Shown: piece after piece, positions 25,554 through 32,000 of the stretch
Position numbering within the stretch: the stretch's first letter is position 1
Layout of the letters: the number at the start of each line of letters is the position of its first letter
Source of the DNA: Ruminococcus albus 7 = DSM 20455
GTDB taxonomy: Bacteria; Bacillota; Clostridia; Oscillospirales; Ruminococcaceae
Reading direction: 5' to 3'
Assembly: GCF_000179635.2 (NCBI RefSeq)
Contig: NC_014833.1
Coordinates: forward strand, 570,001-602,000
Length of the DNA stretch: 32,000 bases
Program-made: the position numbers and the translations under genes
Notes under the pieces: generated by a model
What the model saw: the letters and a program-made list of their open reading frames with translations, nothing else
The model's database searches: none
What the model was told of the DNA's origin: nothing

Positions 25554-26890
25554 TGGCTAAGAAAAAACATACAACGATCACTCATCCCCACTATGCGTGT
25601 GCCATTGGTGCGGCATATACAGTATCGGCTATCCCGGGGGCAGTTCCAGTGATCAACTGCGGTCCCGGATGCGTGGATCAGCAGTATTTTACAATGTCAT
25701 TCTGCAACGGCTTTCAGGGTTCGGCAGGTGCAGGCGGAGGCGATATCCCGGGTACTAATTCGGGAGAAAGTGAGATCGTTTTCGGCGGTGCAAAGAAACT
25801 GGACGGAGTTATAAAGTCAGCTCTGAAGATCATGAAAGGCGATCTGTTCGTAGTTCTGTCAGGCTGTTCTCCACAGCTTGTGGGAGATGATGTCGCATCA
25901 GTAATAAAACCATACCGCGAACAAGGGTATCCCATAGTTCATGCAGAGGTTCCCGGATTTAAGGGAAATAACCTGTGGGCACACGAGGAAGTCATTATTG
26001 CGATAATAGACCAGTTTGTGGGAGAAGCAAAGGGTATACGCCGCCGCAAGAAGCTTATCAATCTATGGATGGGAGCGCCTTACTTCAATACATTCTGGCG
26101 TGGAGATATCATTGAGATAAAACGTATACTCGAAGCCGCAGGCTTTGAAGTTAATGTGTTCTTCGGCAGTGAAAGCGCAGGTGTTTCAGAGTGGAAGAGT
26201 ATCCCGAAAGCAGCCTTTAATCTTGTGCTTTCTCCGTGGCTTGATCTGAAGGTAGCTAAACATCTTGAAAAAAAATACGATCAGCCTTATCTGCATATAC
26301 CTGTTATCCCTGTCGGTGAGGAGGCAACAACTGCTTTCCTGCGTCAGGTTGTGGAATTTGCAGATATAGATAATACAAAGGCTGAGAAATTCATAGAAAA
26401 GGAAGCAAAAAGATACTATTACTTCTTGGACCATTTTGCAGACTTTTTCGCAGAATACTGGTTCGGATTCCCTTCAAAGTTTGCTATTGTCGGAGATGCG
26501 GCATATAATATTGCACTTTCAAAATTCCTTGCAGACCAGTTGGGACTGATACCTGTAGGACAGATAATTTCAGATAATACTCCGGTCAAATACCGAGAAG
26601 ATGTTGCTGCTCTTTATACCGAGCTTTCCGAAGGTGTATACGGAAACGTTGAGTTTATTGAAGACGGTTATCTCATAGAGAAGAAATTATCTGGATTTGA
26701 TTTCGGAAACAGTACACCGCTTATCCTCGGTTCTTCATGGGAGCAGGATGTTGCAAAGGAAAAGAATGCCGTGCTGGTGGAAGTCGGTACAATAGCTACA
26801 GAGGAAGTAGTTCTGAACCGTACATATATCGGATATACTGGAGCACTTCAATTCATTGAAAAAGTTTATTCCGCAGCGGTCAGCGGTTAA
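25553..26890 (+). CDS. Nitrogenase component-1 beta-like subunit (NifK/NifN-like)
   Basis: A 1-nt TAATG overlap with the alpha-like gene and an AAGGAGG RBS. YACAIGAAYTVSAIPGAVPVINCGPGC parallels NifK ACQPLGA...HGSQGC. SGCSPQLVGDDV parallels TCMAEVIGDDL. Confidence 0.85.
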   Translation: MAKKKHTTITHPHYACAIGAAYTVSAIPGAVPVINCGPGCVDQQYFTMSFCNGFQGSAGAGGGDIPGTNSGESEIVFGGAKKLDGVIKSALKIMKGDLFVVLSGCSPQLVGDDVASVIKPYREQGYPIVHAEVPGFKGNNLWAHEEVIIAIIDQFVGEAKGIRRRKKLINLWMGAPYFNTFWRGDIIEIKRILEAAGFEVNVFFGSESAGVSEWKSIPKAAFNLVLSPWLDLKVAKHLEKKYDQPYLHIPVIPVGEEATTAFLRQVVEFADIDNTKAEKFIEKEAKRYYYFLDHFADFFAEYWFGFPSKFAIVGDAAYNIALSKFLADQLGLIPVGQIISDNTPVKYREDVAALYTELSEGVYGNVEFIEDGYLIEKKLSGFDFGNSTPLILGSSWEQDVAKEKNAVLVEVGTIATEEVVLNRTYIGYTGALQFIEKVYSAAVSG

Positions 26891-26905
26891 AATGTAGATA
26901 ACAAT

Positions 26906-26941
26906 AAAGCCTGAAAGCAGATAAAAACGCTTTCAGGCTTT
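26906..26941. terminator. Bidirectional terminator shared by the nif-like operon and the convergent lysR gene
   Basis: A 13-bp perfect stem (aaagcctgaaagc / gctttcaggcttt) with a 10-nt loop, flanked by A and T runs. Confidence 0.75.
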
Positions 26942-26945
26942 ACTA

Positions 26946-27866
26946 CTATTCTCGTAATTCAAGCTCTTTTCTTACTTCTTCAAGAAATCTTTTTCCCATA
27001 CTGCTAAGCTCGTTGTTTTTTTTGGTGATATATCCTATATTCATACTGCTCTGGATATTATCATCATCCTTGAAAGGTATCACAATGAACTGATCTCCAC
27101 AGAGTTTTTCGGAGTATATGCTCGAACACAATGTATATCCGTTCAGTCCTTCCATCAGATTCATCATTGTCGCACGGTCTGTAGCCTTGACTGTTTTCTG
27201 ATATGCGTGTTCGATAAGTATCTCCTCGGCAAAATATATCTCGTCCTCGTTACCCTGTTCAAATGACAGACAAGGATACGGGTCAAGCTGTTCAAAACCA
27301 AGCTCTTTTTCCTTTGCAAGCGGATGTGATCTTGCAAGATAAACACTTGCGGAACATACGATAAGTGAATGAAATTCTAGCTCGTTCTTTCGCAGCAACT
27401 TGTTTATCATACGCTGATTGGTATCACAGGTATAGATGATGCCTATCTCGCTTTTCATTGTACTAACGTCTTTTATCACATTTGCAGTTGCGGTTTCTCT
27501 CAGTGCCAGGTCAAATTTGTTAGAGTCGTAATGTTTTGCCATTTCTATGAAAGCCTTGACTGCAAAGGAGTAGTGCTGCATCGAAACAGCAAAGCGACGT
27601 CTGATATTCGTTTCCTCGCCGTATTCTTCCATTACATCTTCATACTGTTGATATACACGTTTTATCTTTTGTAAAAATTCATCTCCCTCGGCTGTCGGAA
27701 TAACACCTTTATGAGTACGGTGAAATATCTGTATTCCAAGCTCATTTTCCACATCACGCACAGCTCCGGTAAGTGTGGGTTGAGCTATGAATAATTTTTC
27801 AGCAGCCTTGTTCATTGATCGTGATTCAGCTATGGTAAGAAGATAATTGATCTGTTGTAAAGTCAT
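26946..27866 (-). CDS. LysR-family transcriptional regulator
   Basis: The start is chosen at MTLQQINYLL (GAGGTG RBS 9 nt upstream). The HTH is LQQINYLLTIAESRSMNKAAEKLFIAQPTLTGAVRDVENELGIQIFHRT, followed by a LysR substrate-binding domain. Confidence 0.88.
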   Translation of the reverse strand: MTLQQINYLLTIAESRSMNKAAEKLFIAQPTLTGAVRDVENELGIQIFHRTHKGVIPTAEGDEFLQKIKRVYQQYEDVMEEYGEETNIRRRFAVSMQHYSFAVKAFIEMAKHYDSNKFDLALRETATANVIKDVSTMKSEIGIIYTCDTNQRMINKLLRKNELEFHSLIVCSASVYLARSHPLAKEKELGFEQLDPYPCLSFEQGNEDEIYFAEEILIEHAYQKTVKATDRATMMNLMEGLNGYTLCSSIYSEKLCGDQFIVIPFKDDDNIQSSMNIGYITKKNNELSSMGKRFLEEVRKELELRE

Positions 27867-27945
27867 AAAATAAAGCACCTCGCAAAACAATCATAAGAAT
27901 AAATTTAAATTGCATTTTCATGAGTATATTATAACGTAAAAAATC

Positions 27946-27967
27946 TACTAATACAATATGATTAGTA
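27946..27967. promoter_or_regulatory. Inverted repeat TACTAAT-N8-ATTAGTA upstream of lysR (candidate autoregulatory box)
   Basis: Read directly. It lies 80-100 bp upstream of the lysR start. T-N11-A-type dyads are typical LysR sites. Confidence 0.35.
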
Positions 27968-28199
27968 TGAATATATATTAAATTATATCACAATTAACCT
28001 TATGAAGTTCATAGAAATCAATATGGCACATCAGCAACAGCTTGACAGCATCAAAAATTACATAAGTGATGTCAAGAAAACCGCTTCATTGGATAGTGAC
28101 AGCACCGAAATCTATGGTGAGCTTTTGAAGAAGGTAATAGCTCATGAAAATAAAACTGCTGCCTTTTATTTGAACTATGTATCGTTCGGATTCAGGATA

Positions 28200-28357
28200 A
28201 CATTTGCCGATGCAAGACGGCTCATTGATGATTACATCTATTTTTACAATCACTAGCGCATTCAACTCAAAAAAACTGACTCCGCTTGAATTGCGAAGTC
28301 AGTTTTAATTTGCCATAGGGGCTTTTTGGTGTTGTACGCACAATGTGGTGCGGTTCA
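28200..28357 (+). mobile_element. Right-end remnant of an IS3-family element: decayed transposase C-terminus plus terminal inverted repeat ending ...GGTTCA
   Basis: ARRLIDDYIYFYNH-stop-RIQLKK, then after a frameshift LTPLELRSQF-stop, matches the conserved IS3/IS150 OrfB tail (...Y..YYNHERIQ..L..L(T/S)P.EYR.Q). The reverse complement of 28328-28357 begins TGAACCGCACC, an IS3-type TG terminus. Confidence 0.5.
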
Positions 28358-28387
28358 GTATGACCTATTGGCGTTTAATTTTTACAG

Positions 28388-31199
28388 TTAATTAAACAGG
28401 TTCAAATCTCCATCAAAAGTTTCACCGTTAAAGATACTTCCCTGGAATATGATATTCTTAGCAATGATCCTTCCGTGAATATTGAAGTTGTTTGATTCGA
28501 TCCTTACTGTTCCGTTAGGAGCATAGATGATACCCTTGATATCCACATCAGTTGACCTGATAGTTATATCTTTTTCACTGCAAATAAGGATACCTTCATC
28601 GGATGATGAAGCAAAGCAGTTGCTGGGATCAATGATCAGGGATTTACTGCTGAATATATCAGAGTCAGCTACAACACTGTTTCCGTAGATCCTGAATTCA
28701 TTTTCGTTCTCACTTGTCCAGCCGTTTTCAATGCTGAGTATTGTTTCCTCTAATCTCGATTTAATTACACTCAGTACATCAGGGAATTCAATAAACTCAG
28801 AAGTGATCGGATCATTTTCAAGCAGTGTCTGCCAAGTATTGAACTGTGCTCCTGATACTGATGAACAATCACCTTCGACTGTAATAATAGAGCAGTTTGC
28901 TTCAACATTGGAATTTGAGTGCATACTGCCGTATACATTCATAAGCCAGCCGTTCATCTGAATACCCTTTATTGACGCATCATCATTCATAGAAAACAGA
29001 ACGTCGTCTCCCATAAATGAGAAATCAAAGCCGTCAAGCATAAAGCCATCGCCCGGTAATTCAATTGTCTGACCGTTCTCTGTTGTTACTTCATAAGTGA
29101 TAAGGTATTCCTTACCGCCTCTTGAAGTGAAATCATTTGCAGGAACAACACTGAATGAATCAGTATTGTTTTCTCCGATAGAGAGATCGATAACTTCTTC
29201 TCTTTCATAAACTACCTTTTCGTGTGCTGCGTCAATGATCCTGATATTGATCTTTCCATTTTCAATATCATATCTTCCGATGTTCTCGATATATCTGGTT
29301 ATATCAATATTCTCATCAGCCTTAAACAGCTTGCCTGATGTATTCAGATAACCTGTCAGCTCATACTGTGGCAATTCATGATGCATCACTTCGATAACGG
29401 CCTGGCTTTCAGACACCAATACGTCACCATCGTATACATTGGAAATTATAGTATACTGTCCTTCGGGCTGATCTGCAACATTCCATATCTCTGAAACTTC
29501 GACATAGCTCTTTGTCATGATCTCGCTGAGTGTTTTGGTGTATTCTGTGATCACATTGCCCTCAGGATCTGTGATCGTAATAACATTTGTAAGTCCCTTT
29601 GCGGCTCTTATATCTGAATTGTTATGGATCCTGTCGAAGATCTTTACGTCTTCATATTCGTAGTATGCTTCTTTATCAGTTGTGACCTGATTGGTGATCT
29701 TTCCTTCAGAGCCAATAACAGGGAGTGTTATCTTATCAAGTGTCTTGACTCTTGCGATGTTGTTTTCATCAGTATAATCAAGTCTGATGTTCTTTAAAAG
29801 TATAGCATCAATGCCTGATGTCAGATCATCAAGATCAATCGGTACTACAAAGCTGAGAGTTTCACCTTCGTGAAGTTCATCATACTGCTGAACAAAAGAT
29901 GAACCGTCAGGAAGTTCACCGGTTATAGCAAGGTCTGTTGCAATAACAGCATCAGCATCCGGAATACGTTTAGCTTCTTCTGTATCAATGATATTGTTCT
30001 TAATGGTATTGACAGCTGTTTTATCTGTATACTCATAGAAAGAAGCATTATCAGGGATAAGCTGAGCTATACTCTGGTACTGTTCCGTAGAGTCTTCATC
30101 GCCAAGTCCGATAAATGTTATTTTCTTATCAACTATCTTCTGTGCAACATTTTTCTGAACTTCCTCATCATCAAGATCTTCGATAGGCGTATCGCTAAGA
30201 CTTATAACATATCTGCTGTTGTCACTTTCAAAATTGTAATTGTCGAGAATATTCAGGAGCTTTTCGCCCTTGATGGTCTGCATAGTGATGTTGGCAAACG
30301 TGAAATATGATCTCTGACTGCAGCAATGACTTGCATGGCTTGTGATCGGTCCATAGCCATTGCCGTGGATATTAGGAAGCTCTGCGTTATCTATTACAAT
30401 GTCACCGCCATCCCAGAGGGAAACAGTGTCGCTGTTTGCAATGATCTTAATGTGATGTTCCGCATAAACATCCTTAAACTGGAATTTGCTGATCTCTTTT
30501 CCGGCATATCCTCTGTTTCTGAAAGAATCGAGATTCATCTCATCTAATTCATATAATCTCAATCCATCCCGCATTATGAGAACATAATATCCGCTGATCG
30601 TGTTTGCTTCAGCATCTATAGTAGTATTAAAGAGGAATCCACCTCCGTTCATACTATGCCAGTCAGTCTTATCACGCTGAATATCGAACGTAAATATCTT
30701 CTGAGAATCATTCTTATCGGGAACAAACAGGAAATCCTTATATGGGTCATACCTATATCCAAGCATCTGAATATTTGTATTATCAGATACTATATGTTTT
30801 GTATATCCTGACTGCGTATCATATCCCGGGTGATCATATTCTATCCATTCATGAGCGTCTTTCGCAGAAAGGAATGATGTTGAAACATTGCTGAGATGTG
30901 GAATAAGTTATATTATCATCCGAAACATCGTTAAAAGGAAGATCATCAGCCAGTGAAACATAGGGCTTTTCAGGATTGATCAAAGCGGAAATATCTGCCA
31001 TTACTGTTTCATAATTTTCAACAGTAACATTTGACAGCAATTCTTCAAGATCATTGTAACCCGAGATAACAGTGTCCCGATATTCAGAAAAATCAGCTGA
31101 ACCATCATCAGTATCACTTAATTCTTCAGTTGTCCGAGCTTTGAGGTCTGAGATCTGTTTGCTGAAATCAGCAACGCTTTTCTCTAGGGCAACACCGCA
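28388..31199 (-). pseudogene. Large multi-domain secreted/surface protein gene, inactivated. The 5' end is removed by the IS5-family insertion and a frameshift lies near 30851-30895. The remaining 792-aa ORF has no RBS at its first ATG.
   Basis: The 792-aa frame stays open upstream of ATG 30766 (LIPHLSNVSTSFLSAKDAHEWIEYDHPGYDTQSGYTKHIVSDNTNIQ-MLGYRYD) up to a stop near 30898. A second frame (30849-31199: LEKSVADFSKQISDLKARTTEEL...DDNITYS) overlaps it. The C-terminus (IKGIIYAPNGTVRIESNNFNIHGRIIAKNIIFQGSIFNG) resembles the tails of pilus/adhesin-associated beta-helix proteins. The central part is repetitive and Ig-like. Confidence 0.65.
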
Positions 31200-32000
31200 C
31201 AAATGACCTCTAAAGCAAGACATACCCCAAACAGATATGCCTGCCCAAGATCCTGTTCGCAGGGCGCACTTTATCAAGCCAGCAAGTTTTCTTGTCAGCC
31301 AGATAAAGATTCGCCAGCGCGAATATCATATTAAATTTGGCTTGTTGTTTTCGCAAGCCACGGTACCGCGTTCGTCGGAATCGGAACAGTCGCTTCACAA
31401 CTCCGAAAACGTGCTCGACCTTTGAACGTACTGTGGACTTCGCAAACTCTTCTATCTCAAAACCAACTGATCATTAGGCTCCAGTTTCTTCTTTGCACCG
31501 CGCCGGCGGTTGATGTGATACTCCCGCCCCTCTTTTTGCTTTTCCTCCGATATATGCTCCTCAACATTCAGATATCCCGAATCTCCGTATATTTCATCTT
31601 CATCGCCATCGATCACGTCATCGACGGCTTCCGTATCGTGTACATTTGCAGCGGTCGCCTTGACGTGGTGAACAAGGCCGGTGTCCTTATCGACACCGAT
31701 ATGCGCCTTGTATCCGAAATACCATTGATTGCCTTTCTTGACAGAATGCGCATCGGGGTCGCGCTGCCTGTCAGCATTTTTGTGGAGGAGGGCGCGGCAA
31801 TAAGTGTCGAATCGACGATAGTACCTTTCTTCAGGATGAGATGATTCTTATCCAGGATGCTGATGACCTGCGCGAATATCTGCTCTTGGATATTGTTGTC
31901 GATAAGCAGCTGTCTGAATCGGCCGATAGTATCGCCGTTGGGAACATCATCGGGAGATGATACGCCGCAGAAATCAGAGAAAGAGCGGCTGTCGAGTATC
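31200..32000 (-). mobile_element. IS5-family (IS5 group, DDE_Tnp_1) element running off the window. The transposase gene carries at least two frameshifts. The left boundary near 31200 is approximate.
   Basis: Minus-strand translation in three frames: NGDTIGRFRQLLIDNNIQEQIFAQVISILDKNHLILKKGTIVDSTLIAAPSST / KNADRQRDPDAHSVKKGNQWYFGYKAHIGVDKDTGLVHHVKATAANVHDTEAVDDVIDGDEDEIYGDSGY / STVRSKVEHVFGVVKRLFRFRRTRYRGLRKQQAKFNMIFALANLYLADKK. These are the canonical IS5 blocks. Confidence 0.8.

Noticed and set aside
23985-26890. Bona fide Mo-nitrogenase structural genes nifDK (nitrogen fixation)
   Set aside because: No nifH, nifENB or other nif genes are nearby. The genes are translationally coupled to an ABC importer. 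The beta-like subunit is short (445 aa), and the NifD His195 position appears substituted. I therefore call them nitrogenase-like rather than nitrogenase. Phylogeny is needed to be sure.
28002-28199. N-terminal two-thirds of ORF 28002-28256 as the tail of a large serine recombinase (tempting given the split sigK)
   Set aside because: Only a vague resemblance exists (…ELLKKVIAHENKTAAFYLNYVSF resembles the …LI.KI.V.E..KI.I.F C-termini). There is no catalytic or zinc-ribbon region, and the ORF opens only 40 nt upstream. This cannot be supported without a profile search.
2834-32000. Search for the 3' half of sigK (EILMHLR..., regions 3-4) inside the window
   Set aside because: No ORF or frame on either strand resembles it. 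The only tgttgaaaat match (31014-31023, minus strand) encodes TVENYETVMA of the adhesin pseudogene and is coincidental.

Overview
This is a mosaic, accessory-rich chromosomal segment from a Clostridia-type Firmicute. It is probably a cellulolytic Ruminococcus/Oscillospiraceae-like organism, but that is inferred from gene content only.

Gene order, left to right:
- 3' part of a sortase-anchored surface protein built from pilin isopeptide-domain repeats
- initiator tRNA-fMet
- 5' half only of the sporulation sigma factor gene sigK, whose homology ends abruptly at nt 2833
- XRE regulator
- secreted CBM4-Ig-GH9 cellulase
- AT-rich islet of small orphan genes, one Imm11/DUF1629-like
- 165-bp MITE next to its full-length IS1595-family parent, both with 8-bp target duplications
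- Crp/Fnr regulator, ferredoxin and hcp module
- chimeric pseudogene scar
- tetR plus MacB-type ABC exporter operon with a perfect 26-bp operator palindrome
- 80-aa membrane peptide gene preceded by phased TGACAAA repeats
- four-gene operon coupling an NMT1/SsuA-type ABC importer (binding protein and permease only) to a NifD/NifK-like nitrogenase-family pair, with a convergent LysR regulator
- IS3-family end remnant
- large surface-protein gene inactivated by a frameshift and an IS5-family insertion; the IS5 transposase is itself frameshifted

No rRNA genes or CRISPR arrays were seen.

The two most interesting items are the importer-coupled nitrogenase-like operon, which has no Fe-protein or maturation genes in the window, and the split sigK gene. 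All homology statements come from reading the translations by eye. None was verified by a database search.
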